NCBI GenBank assembly: GCA_030612945.1
Contig: JAUWMY010000001.1
Coordinates: 1 to 35,602 of the forward strand
DNA length: 35,602 nucleotides
From: Desulfobacteraceae bacterium
GTDB lineage: Bacteria > Desulfobacterota > DSM-4660 > Desulfatiglandales > Desulfatiglandaceae
Direction: 5' to 3'
The notes under the pieces are model-generated. The model did not search any database. It was not told the origin of the DNA and was given only the letters and a program-made list of their open reading frames with translations. This document shows, in pieces, positions 17,449 through 24,154 of the stretch. How positions within the stretch are numbered: the stretch's first letter is position 1; each line of letters opens with the position of its first letter. A program made the translations under genes and the position numbers.

Positions 17449-17597
17449 TGATTGACTATTTTCGATTGTCTATTGACTATTGGATGAACGCTACGCTCCT
17501 GTTTTGACAAAAGCCTCGATGCAGATCAGCGGCCTCCGGCTCGGAGAGAGCGTTCCCTTGATAATAGTCAATAGTCAGTAGTCAATATTCAATTCTT
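17449..17597. repeat. full composite junction element whose right core is interrupted by a mini-palindrome (CTCCG-GCT-CGGAG, within 17527-17554)
   Basis: Read directly. Arms at 17450-17481 and 17561-17597. Confidence 0.9.
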
Positions 17598-18041
17598 TCA
17601 GCCATTCGCTTCCAGCCACTCAAAAAATCCCTGTATATACTTACTGATCCTCTGGAGCTCATTAGTATCCTTGAGATTTGCCCTGAGATATTTCCCGAAA
17701 CGCTCCATAACTTCTACACTGACGGCACGCAGGTCATAGGCGCTTTTCTCTATCCGGTCTATGGTGGCCGAGATCTTGGATATTTCGTCCGCATCGGCCG
17801 CCGTAAATGTCTTTCCCTCGAACTCGCCTATCTTCTCCTCCAACCTCTGGCGGAGTATGTCGGCAACGTTCCTACGGCTGGCCAGATGAGCCCGTTTCCT
17901 GGTCCCCCAGTCCCCGTAGTTTTTCCACTGGTACAGGGACTTGGCGCTCACCGGCAGGATCTGGCTGATCCTCTCGATACTATGCCCGCCCTGCACATAG
18001 AGCCGTTCGGCCTGATCGTAATAAAGCTCTCGCTTGCTCAC
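17598..18041 (-). CDS. Mu gp27-like small terminase / DNA-recognition subunit (147 aa)
   Basis: N-terminal HTH (GGHSIERISQILPVSAKSLYQWKN) directly upstream of the large terminase. Confidence 0.6.
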   Translation of the reverse strand: MSKRELYYDQAERLYVQGGHSIERISQILPVSAKSLYQWKNYGDWGTRKRAHLASRRNVADILRQRLEEKIGEFEGKTFTAADADEISKISATIDRIEKSAYDLRAVSVEVMERFGKYLRANLKDTNELQRISKYIQGFFEWLEANG

Positions 18042-18277
18042 AGTCCGACCTCTGCCCGGAGATCTTTAATTCGTTTGCCCAGGGTTTTCCATTCATCACA
18101 CAGCTTTTTCAACTCGTTAGCCGCCTGAAGGACCGCATCCGGGTCCACACTCTCTATGCCGTCCGACGGATACGAGTAATAGTTCAAATCCTTGACGCAT
18201 CGATCGATCTTGATCTCGATCTGATCCCGTTCCCGCTCCTTACGCGTCATGACCCCTAACATCCTGTCTCTGTCCAT
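18038..18277 (-). CDS. hypothetical protein (79 aa)
   Basis: Tightly packed ORF whose stop overlaps the next start. No recognisable motif. Confidence 0.55.
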   Translation of the reverse strand: MDRDRMLGVMTRKERERDQIEIKIDRCVKDLNYYSYPSDGIESVDPDAVLQAANELKKLCDEWKTLGKRIKDLRAEVGL

Positions 18278-18287
18278 GTGATGCTCC

Positions 18288-18662
18288 TCATAATATTTTT
18301 ACGATTATCCACCTGAGGGCAAGATCGAAAATAAGCAATGCCACTGCCGCGCCCCCGGCGAAATAGGCTATGCGGCGATCTGTCGAACGCATCCTCGTAT
18401 CAAGTTGGGTATTTTTGATGTCCCAATTGTCTTCAACCTTGCAGATATCTTCACGAACTTCACGGTTGATCCGTTTTTGCTCGGCAATACTCATCCGTGT
18501 GACCGTGTCAAGCCTCGTGATCTTGGCTCCGGTCTCACGGTACTCCTTGAAGATATCGATCAGCGCCTTTTCCTGACGCTCCTGTACCGCATGTATCCCG
18601 GAGAGGGCTTCGTCTAACCTGGCGAACTGTTCACCCAGGATTTTAGCTTCTTCTCCAGGCAT
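18288..18662 (-). CDS. coiled-coil protein with a C-terminal transmembrane anchor (124 aa)
   Basis: The C-terminal IAYFAGGAAVALLIFDLALRWIIVKIL is a hydrophobic helix and the N-terminal ~95 aa are helical and charged. Located in the lysis-proximal late region. Confidence 0.6.
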   Translation of the reverse strand: MPGEEAKILGEQFARLDEALSGIHAVQERQEKALIDIFKEYRETGAKITRLDTVTRMSIAEQKRINREVREDICKVEDNWDIKNTQLDTRMRSTDRRIAYFAGGAAVALLIFDLALRWIIVKIL

Positions 18663-18693
18663 TTTTAAAGCTCCCCTTTTGATTGATTATTTT

Positions 18694-19173
18694 CTAAGCC
18701 GTCACTTCCTTGGCCGCCGCCATAATCCGCCGCAACTCCCCAACCCCGTCCAACGCACCATCGAGGAAAAGAACCAGGCCTTTTTTAACCTTCTCTACGT
18801 CTTCCGTGGTCTCGATATCTATCTGTATGAGCCCCTTCAGGAGATGAACCGAGCTGGTAATCACGGCGTTATATTCCTCGTACCTGGTGCGGAATTGGGG
18901 CGAGTCCTCGATATATGTGATCATCACGCCTACCATCTCCGCAACATCGGTGGCCTCCAGCATACCCTTTGCCGTCTCGATGGCCGTCTCGGTCCGCTCC
19001 AGAACCACGTCCGGCTCTCCCTTGAGGCAGAAAAAAGCCAGGTTAAATCCGGCCTCCGAATAAAGCAGGGCCTGCACCCCCGGATCTTGCACCGGCTTGA
19101 CCGTCACGCAGCCCACAGCCATAAAAAGCGCCAGGGCCAAAATTGCCACGAATGCCCTTTGGATATTATGTCT
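18694..19173 (-). CDS. lipoprotein (159 aa from the ATG at 19173)
   Basis: MRHNIQRAFVAILALALFMAVGC reads as a signal peptide with a lipobox-like AVGC. The track start (19212) is further upstream and probably not used. Confidence 0.65.
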   Translation of the reverse strand, partial: RHNIQRAFVAILALALFMAVGCVTVKPVQDPGVQALLYSEAGFNLAFFCLKGEPDVVLERTETAIETAKGMLEATDVAEMVGVMITYIEDSPQFRTRYEEYNAVITSSVHLLKGLIQIDIETTEDVEKVKKGLVLFLDGALDGVGELRRIMAAAKEVTA

Positions 19174-19198
19174 CATAACTTCCCCCCTTTTTCCGAAT

Positions 19199-19621
19199 TT
19201 ACTCCGGAACAACGTTCAAGGTGGCCTTGAAGTTTATAACGCCTGCAGGCGACTCAAAATCAATCAGGGCCGATACCTCGTTCGAATGTATGCTCTCATT
19301 ACCCTGGTCATCCAGGGCGGTTGCCACGAAATACCATGTCACGGTCTGGCCGTCCGGACTTGTGAGCACGCCATCAACCTCATACTCGGTCTGCTCTGTG
19401 GTATAGGTCAGCTCAACGAGCATGTCGGCATCATGGTCATAAACACCTGACGTCATGGATTTATAGATTCTGAATTTATCCACACCCTGGCCAACCGGAT
19501 CCACATACTCCCAGCCAAAAGTTATTGTTTTGTCCCCCGCAAAACACGGCGCAGCCATAACCAGCGCCGCCAGGGCAGCTAAGATGCTCAGCGCAATAAA
19601 GTTTTTCTTGAAAATTCTCAT
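19199..19621 (-). CDS. secreted fibronectin-III-like domain protein (140 aa)
   Basis: Signal peptide MRIFKKNFIALSILAALAALVMAAPCFA, then an FN3-like fold pattern (FRIYKS...YFVATALDDQGNESIHSNEV). Confidence 0.65.
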   Translation of the reverse strand: MRIFKKNFIALSILAALAALVMAAPCFAGDKTITFGWEYVDPVGQGVDKFRIYKSMTSGVYDHDADMLVELTYTTEQTEYEVDGVLTSPDGQTVTWYFVATALDDQGNESIHSNEVSALIDFESPAGVINFKATLNVVPE

Positions 19622-20046
19622 CGTTTTTTTCCTCCGTATTTGCGTAATTTAAATTTTGTTATACATTCATGTTTTTCTTTGCGATGCATGTTCCAGGCCC
19701 CGAAGGCAAAACATCTGACAACGGAATACATCAGCGCGTATCTCCACCGCTTGACCTTGAGCGCCTTCATTCCTTCAAGGAAAATCTTATCACTTTTTTT
19801 TCGATCAAAACACGCCGACCAGTAACACCAGTCATGGATAACGGCGGCCTTGCCGTACATCCCTTGCGGTGGCAGGATATTCCAAAAAAGCCGCGGGATA
19901 CTGGCAAAATCAGTGACGAAGCCCAGGGGCGCCCTGATAATGTTTTTGCTTGGATAGCTCCCCACGTGATACTCAAAAGACTCAAGCAGTTGCCATTTAT
20001 TTACTCCGATAAGATCCACCTGCAATGGTTTAGTAAACTGACTCAT
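19618..20046 (-). CDS. DUF1353-like protein (142 aa from the ATG at 20046)
   Basis: GFVTDFASIPRLFWNILPPQGMYGKAAVIHDWCY matches the recollected DUF1353 core. The track start lies inside the repeat array. Confidence 0.65.
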   Translation of the reverse strand: MSQFTKPLQVDLIGVNKWQLLESFEYHVGSYPSKNIIRAPLGFVTDFASIPRLFWNILPPQGMYGKAAVIHDWCYWSACFDRKKSDKIFLEGMKALKVKRWRYALMYSVVRCFAFGAWNMHRKEKHECITKFKLRKYGGKKR

Positions 20047-20060
20047 TATGCCCTCTCGGG

Positions 20061-20154
20061 GGTTCACGGTTCAGGGTTCAAGGTTCAAGGTTAAAAAAGC
20101 AGCGGAGCGTTCGCTAAATAATAGTCAATATTCAATAGTCAATCGTCAATTCTT
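20061..20154. repeat. GGTTCAR heptamers x4.5 (20061-20092), half core AGCGGAGCGTTC (20101-20112), AATAGTC-type heptamers x5
   Basis: Read directly. Confidence 0.9.
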
Positions 20155-20502
20155 TCAGTAGATCCAAATCACCCTCGCATCCTTCTGCCGGTCAATATCC
20201 AGATGCACAAAATCCTTCCCAACCCCGATCCGGTGAAACCCCAGCCGGATCGCGGCCCCGATAACCCGGTACCTGAGACGCGACCTGTCAACCCCGATAT
20301 CCACGGCCAGCCCTCTTAAGTGGCTCGATGTCTCAGATCCGCCCACCTTACGATTATGCTTCTCACATCTATACCCGGATGTAATAACGAGCTTTTCCCC
20401 GGCCCGTTCCTCAATATGCCATACCAGCCGCTCCAACCGGATATCGATCCAGTTCTGTCCACAGCAAGGACACTCAAAACGTTTATCCGGTTCATATTCC
20501 AT
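20155..20502 (-). CDS. peptidase M15-type endolysin (L-Ala-D-Glu / D-Ala-D-Ala peptidase fold), 115 aa
   Basis: SGYRCEKHNRKVGGSETSSHLRGLAVDI...FVHLDID gives the H, D, H zinc ligand pattern of M15A phage endolysins. It is the first gene after the terminator and AT-rich leader. Confidence 0.82.
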   Translation of the reverse strand: MEYEPDKRFECPCCGQNWIDIRLERLVWHIEERAGEKLVITSGYRCEKHNRKVGGSETSSHLRGLAVDIGVDRSRLRYRVIGAAIRLGFHRIGVGKDFVHLDIDRQKDARVIWIY

Positions 20503-20580
20503 TTTCAGTTAAGTGATACAAAAAACCAGCAATTCAAATAATGTGAATAAAATAACATAGTTACACTTTTCGTTAGGCAC

Positions 20581-20630
20581 AAAAAAGCCCGGCCATTCGC
20601 TGTGAAACATTAGCACGCGATTGACCGGGC
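20581..20630 (-). terminator. candidate intrinsic terminator separating the early/middle genes from the lysis/late genes
   Basis: Minus strand reads GCCCGG...(imperfect extended stem)...CCGGGC followed by TTTTTTG. After it comes a ~80-nt AT-rich leader before the endolysin ATG. Confidence 0.5.
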
Positions 20631-20633
20631 CTT

Positions 20634-20700
20634 ATTTATTGACTATTTTCGATTGACTATTGACTATTAAAAAAACAATAACCAATAGTCAATTTTTTAC
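20634..20700. repeat. short hairpin element: GACTATT arm, A-rich loop, AATAGTC arm; no core
   Basis: Read directly. It lies between the stop at 20701 and the terminator. Confidence 0.85.
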
Positions 20701-20916
20701 TTACCTCTTCTGGCCGAGAATGTCAACATATTTTCCTTTCCGGAACTCCGTGATATCCTTGAGATTTAAATACAACCCGGAAATTATCCAGGTCGCGTCC
20801 CCGATTAGCCTAAGGGATTTTCCGATTTCCTTTTCCATGCCTTCCAGGAGCTCTTTTATCTTATCGCTCCGTTCCGGTATATAGCCGGTTTCAAGTCGGT
20901 GTATTTTAGCTGTCAT
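20701..20916 (-). CDS. hypothetical protein (71 aa)
   Basis: The ATG is coupled to the upstream stop (TAATATG). It is the last gene before the terminator at 20581-20630. Confidence 0.5.
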   Translation of the reverse strand: MTAKIHRLETGYIPERSDKIKELLEGMEKEIGKSLRLIGDATWIISGLYLNLKDITEFRKGKYVDILGQKR

Positions 20917-20917
20917 A

Positions 20918-21799
20918 TTACACCTCCTTTGGGTTTACGATTGATACCGGAGCCATAGGCAACGGGCTGAATGATAAAGCCCCTGGCAATTCTTTAAAAA
21001 ATCGTTTCTTTCTTTCACTCCCTATCACGGGTTTAAATTTAATGCCTGAGCCCCTAAGATCTTTTTCTATCCTTTTCACCTGATCAACCGAGACCCCGCA
21101 GGCGGCCGCAACCTCTTTTTGGGTCAGGCCCAAAGTCCTGAAACGGCAGTGTTTTATTAACCTCTCCATCGAAATATCATACATATCGCATATCTCGAAA
21201 AAGATAAGTCCCTGCTTAAAGCCCAGTTCCCTGGCCTCATTTCGGATCTCTTCAGGCATTTTATAGACCGCTCCATTTGAGTGCTTAATTTCTCCGAATT
21301 GGCATATCGCTTCTTCTACCTTGTCAAGCGCTTCCAAATCTCGCCTACCATTATTCCAATATGCCATATAAAATAGCCACATTGCATCATTATTGAACAC
21401 GGCATTTCTGTTTTCATGGCTTATTTTCAATAATTTCATATCTTTGGAGAAATAGCTCCCAGTAGTCATAACCTCATAAAGCACATCCTCTGCCCAGTTG
21501 CGAAATTCCCTTGCACGTTGACCTTGGGATCTCATCGAAAACCTTATCATTCCGCGAGCAGTGAGATATGTCCTTTTTCTTGCCTGTTTGTCTCCGACCT
21601 GGTGTTCGGTAATCGAACGGCAGTGTTTTTCCTCAACGATTTCATGTGATTCCTTAAGGTCATGAAGTGTTCTCCTGGGCTGTTTATTGCCAATAGCCTC
21701 ACCGACTTGTTGCAAACTTACAATCCGTTCGGCTTCCCTTTCAATAATAGAAAGAGGATACTCCTTGCCGTGCGCCTCAAATTTTACCACGTTTCCCAT
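20918..21799 (-). CDS. BRO-N-like domain protein with a C-terminal HTH (293 aa); candidate antirepressor or late-gene regulator
   Basis: YLTARGMIRFSMRSQGQRAREFRNWAEDVLYEVMTTGSY resembles the end of BRO-N domains. The C-terminal LGLTQKEVAAACGVSVDQVKRIEKDL is an HTH. RBS GGAGGT precedes the ATG. Confidence 0.65.
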   Translation of the reverse strand: MGNVVKFEAHGKEYPLSIIEREAERIVSLQQVGEAIGNKQPRRTLHDLKESHEIVEEKHCRSITEHQVGDKQARKRTYLTARGMIRFSMRSQGQRAREFRNWAEDVLYEVMTTGSYFSKDMKLLKISHENRNAVFNNDAMWLFYMAYWNNGRRDLEALDKVEEAICQFGEIKHSNGAVYKMPEEIRNEARELGFKQGLIFFEICDMYDISMERLIKHCRFRTLGLTQKEVAAACGVSVDQVKRIEKDLRGSGIKFKPVIGSERKKRFFKELPGALSFSPLPMAPVSIVNPKEV

Positions 21800-21802
21800 A
21801 AC

Positions 21803-22021
21803 TTACCTCCATTTTATCTTAGCCGTTTCCCTTATGGCCCCCACAAACAAAAATCCCCGAGAGTCTGCTACGGCCAAAATGGCAGCCGCCCACGCCTCGC
21901 GGTTAGTGGGGACCTCGGGGAAACTTATATTAGCAATAAAAAAGCCACCAGACGGGGCGGATACCGCCATTTTGTTATAGCGTCCCCATAATAAGCATAT
22001 CCATTTTATCTTGTCAAGCAT
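21803..22021 (-). CDS. hypothetical protein (72 aa from the ATG at 22021)
   Basis: An open frame that fills the gap exactly. No recognisable motif. Confidence 0.4.
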   Translation of the reverse strand: MLDKIKWICLLWGRYNKMAVSAPSGGFFIANISFPEVPTNREAWAAAILAVADSRGFLFVGAIRETAKIKWR

Positions 22022-22026
22022 TTTTT

Positions 22027-22269
22027 TCAATCCTTCAAGCCTTCGATCACAACTTCCCCGTCCGTATTATAGACCGTGCCCCGATTAATCTGGATAACCG
22101 GCCGGATCTTATCTTTCATCTGCTTCTCCAGCAAGGCAATTCGATCATTCACCGAATCATCCACACCCGCACGCCAGTCCCACAAAATGACAGCCAAAGC
22201 CAATATCAAGGCAAAACCCAGAAATATAACTCCAGCATCAAAAAACCCTTTTTTACCCCTATTTCCCAT
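22027..22269 (-). CDS. small single-pass membrane protein (80 aa from the ATG at 22269)
   Basis: MGNRGKKGFFDAGVIFLGFALILALAVILW contains one transmembrane helix. The start overlaps the upstream ORF end (ATGGGAAATAG). Confidence 0.55.
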   Translation of the reverse strand: MGNRGKKGFFDAGVIFLGFALILALAVILWDWRAGVDDSVNDRIALLEKQMKDKIRPVIQINRGTVYNTDGEVVIEGLKD

Positions 22270-22807
22270 TTTCTGTTTCCTCTTTACCAATTCCCTTCAT
22301 TTGCCCCGCCAACTTCCCGATCCGTTCCCGAAATTCCCCCGACGTCATCTCCCCTTCCTGTCTCCTGTTTCCTATTTCCTCTTTTCTATTTTCTATTTCC
22401 CGTTTCCTTAATTGCTTTTCCGCCCTCACACTCTTCTCCTTAACTTCCCTTTCCGAGATCCCCACCATCACCTTTTTCAGATAATTATGGTTCTCCAAGG
22501 GCACATCAAAATTCTTATTCACAACAATTTCAAGGGCCTCCAAAATGCCCGACTTAGATAAGGACTTGTTACTTTTACGCCATTCAAAAGACTCCTTTTC
22601 AAACAACGTCCCCATTTGTTGAAGAAGCCGGAGAACCTTACTGCTCTTGATTGACAGCGGTTTAATGCCGAACTTCTCCACGTACTCAAACACTAACTTT
22701 CCATGCTTACCAAATACCGGCAATAACCTTATTATACCCCTCCAGTCATCATCCATAACCGCCTCACGATAGTCGAATTTATAACTGCATTTCGGACATC
22801 TAATCAT
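22259..22807 (-). CDS. zinc-ribbon protein with an in-frame heptamer array near its C-terminus (182 aa from the ATG at 22807)
   Basis: MIRCPKCSYKFDY is a CxxC knuckle. Residues ...RKREIENRKEEIGNRRQEGE... are encoded by 8 heptamer units at 22355-22410. The track start (TTG at 22834) lies in the TGAACC array. Confidence 0.55.
   Translation of the reverse strand: MIRCPKCSYKFDYREAVMDDDWRGIIRLLPVFGKHGKLVFEYVEKFGIKPLSIKSSKVLRLLQQMGTLFEKESFEWRKSNKSLSKSGILEALEIVVNKNFDVPLENHNYLKKVMVGISEREVKEKSVRAEKQLRKREIENRKEEIGNRRQEGEMTSGEFRERIGKLAGQMKGIGKEETENGK
22355..22410. repeat. pyrimidine heptamer array TTCCTNT x8, in frame inside ORF 22259-22807
   Basis: Read directly. Confidence 0.9.
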
Positions 22808-22820
22808 AAAAGGGGTTCTC

Positions 22821-22885
22821 CGTTCAGGGTTCAAGGTTCACCGTTTACTGATTCCTCTTTCCTCTTTTCTATTTCCTGTTTCCAC
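22821..22885. repeat. GGTTCAR x3 (22821-22841) plus TTTCCTC-type heptamers x5 (22851-22885)
   Basis: Read directly. Confidence 0.85.
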
Positions 22886-22986
22886 ATATCCCCGATCTGG
22901 GCAATCAGCGCCGTTCCAAAACAAACTACTAATAATGGCCCCAACCAAATCCAACTCTCATTGATGCTCATCATGATCATTTCCAT
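22831..22986 (-). CDS. small membrane protein (51 aa), not in the ORF track
   Basis: MEMIMMSINESWIWLGPLLVVCFGTALIAQIGDMWKQEIEKRKEESVNGEP. AAGGGG lies 9 nt upstream of the ATG at 22986. It has one transmembrane helix, its tail is encoded by a heptamer array, and its stop lies in a TGAACC unit. Confidence 0.45.
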   Translation of the reverse strand: MEMIMMSINESWIWLGPLLVVCFGTALIAQIGDMWKQEIEKRKEESVNGEP

Positions 22987-22998
22987 CTATTCAACCCC

Positions 22999-23229
22999 TT
23001 ATTCGTTTTCGCTAAGCCACTTAACGGCCTCTTCGTATGCTTGCTCAAAACCCTTGCCAACCAACCGATACAGGGCCGTTTGCATTTCCGGCGGCAGTCG
23101 CTTATAGCAGCCATAACAAAACGCATATCCATGCTTCTTTTCCCGGTCGCAAAAACACTCTTCACTGGCCAGGACTCGAGTATAAAAATTCGTTTCCTTC
23201 TTCCAGCTTTGATCCGGTAAAGTATCCAT
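22999..23229 (-). CDS. Cys-rich small protein (76 aa)
   Basis: ECFCDREKKHGYAFCYGCYKRLP gives four or more Cys in a zinc-binding-like spacing. The competing 62-aa frame looks spurious. Confidence 0.55.
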   Translation of the reverse strand: MDTLPDQSWKKETNFYTRVLASEECFCDREKKHGYAFCYGCYKRLPPEMQTALYRLVGKGFEQAYEEAVKWLSENE

Positions 23230-23251
23230 TATGCCCCCTCCTCTCTAACAA

Positions 23252-23368
23252 ACAGGAAATAGATAAGAGACAGAAATTAGAAAACAGGAATCAGAAAATA
23301 GAAGACAGGCTTTTCTTTCCTCTTTCCTCTTTCCTATTTCCTATTTCCCATCCCTTTCCTCTTTTCTG
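23252..23368. repeat. inverted pair of heptamer arrays: purine-rich arm (23252-23309, 8 units) facing a pyrimidine-rich arm (23311-23368)
   Basis: Read directly. The arms are imperfectly complementary and separated by 1 nt. Confidence 0.85.
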
Positions 23369-23518
23369 GCTCGCCGCCCTTATAGCAACCAGTTGCCGCA
23401 TCATATCCTCATGGCAGGCCCCACAGATCCCGCTCGACCCTTCAGCCGCCGACCAGCTCACAACAGTCTTAATCCCTTTTTTCTCACACCAAGAACAATA
23501 CACAGGATACTTTTCCAT
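23291..23518 (-). CDS. zinc-ribbon small protein (75 aa; C-terminal tail encoded by repeats)
   Basis: CSWCEKKG...CGACHEDM gives two CxxC pairs. The tail GKGWEIGNRKEERGKKSLSSIF is a translation of heptamer arrays. Confidence 0.55.
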   Translation of the reverse strand: MEKYPVYCSWCEKKGIKTVVSWSAAEGSSGICGACHEDMMRQLVAIRAASQKRGKGWEIGNRKEERGKKSLSSIF

Positions 23519-23536
23519 AATCTTTTCTCATTCATT

Positions 23537-23574
23537 CAATAGTCAATAGTCAATCGAAAATAGTCAATTCTTAC
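23537..23574. repeat. AATAGTC-type arm, identical over 38 nt to 3141-3178
   Basis: CAATAGTCAATAGTCAATCGAAAATAGTCAATTCTTAC occurs at both sites. In both cases the TTA at the end is the stop codon of the upstream gene. Confidence 0.92.
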
Positions 23575-23774
23575 CGCCTACTGGGCACGACCACAACAAC
23601 CTCATCCGCCTCAAACTCCATCTCGCAAGTCTTTGAATTCAGCATGGATAAATCAGTAAAATCCCCCGGATTTTCATCACAAATATCCATCGCATCATCT
23701 AAGCTCTTCGCTAATATCAAAAATTCAACCTTCCCCTTCACCCGCATTGTCCCCTTCACATTATATTTATTCAT
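23571..23774 (-). CDS. hypothetical protein (67 aa from the ATG at 23774)
   Basis: A compact ORF between two repeat elements. No recognisable motif. Confidence 0.5.
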   Translation of the reverse strand: MNKYNVKGTMRVKGKVEFLILAKSLDDAMDICDENPGDFTDLSMLNSKTCEMEFEADEVVVVVPSRR

Positions 23775-23797
23775 AATTTCCAACCCTTTCTTTTACC

Positions 23798-24082
23798 TTA
23801 TGCCCCATGCCCGCAGTTTATTCCGGTATTCCCGGAACCCTCTGCCCCCAAGACCGTCACAACCCGCCCACACCGTTCATCTATTTTCATGACAATACTC
23901 CGCCGTGCGTTCCAGTAAACCGACAAAAAAACCAACGGCATCCCCCGAGGAGTATAGGCCAGCCGGAATTTCTGCAACACAACCGACTCCTCAATAATAC
24001 CCTGAATCTCCAGCATCGACGGCAGCTCCCCGCCGATCCGCTCCTCCCACCGTTCCCGCGCGTGCTCCGTAAAAACATACAA
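23798..24082 (-). CDS. hypothetical protein (~94 aa, probable TTG start at 24082)
   Basis: AGGAGA lies 6 nt upstream of the in-frame TTG. The track start at 24121 translates the conserved core GAACGCTTCGCT. The C-terminal GAEGSGNTGIN is encoded by the 29-bp hairpin motif. Confidence 0.45.
   Translation of the reverse strand: MYVFTEHARERWEERIGGELPSMLEIQGIIEESVVLQKFRLAYTPRGMPLVFLSVYWNARRSIVMKIDERCGRVVTVLGAEGSGNTGINCGHGA
23816..23844. repeat. 29-bp motif GTTTATTCCGGTATTCCCGGAACCCTCTG, second copy (first copy at 8385-8413)
   Basis: Identical 29-mers. Each contains the palindrome TTCCGG-N5-CCGGAA. A related inverted version lies at 25391-25410. Confidence 0.9.
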
Positions 24083-24103
24083 TATATTTCTCCTAAAAAT
24101 TAA

Positions 24104-24154
24104 AGCGAAGCGTTCATCCAATAGTCAATAGTCAGTAGTCAATAGTCAATTCCT
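24104..24154. repeat. half core AGCGAAGCGTTC plus AATAGTC-type heptamers x5
   Basis: Read directly. The GemA-like stop TGA lies inside the array. Confidence 0.9.

Noticed and set aside
781-17451. Numerous plus-strand ORFs of 60-200 aa (e.g. 781-1329, 3548-4030, 5588-6058, 10526-11023, 12497-12913, 13717-14358, 16855-17451)
   Set aside because: All lie antisense to, and entirely within, long minus-strand genes with clear phage homology. They lack RBSs and have skewed low-complexity composition, so they are shadow ORFs.
3036-17597. Composite palindromic elements as integron attC sites (stop codon flush with an imperfect inverted repeat)
   Set aside because: There is no integron integrase or attI. 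No GTTRRRY/RYYYAAC core sites occur at the element ends. The flanking genes are the syntenic core genes of a Mu-type virion module, not mobile cassettes.
23887-24078. A 63-aa ATG-initiated ORF overlapping 23798-24121
   Set aside because: The Arg/Gly/Cys-rich sequence looks like junk. The other frame has an AGGAGA-N6-TTG start and protein-like composition.
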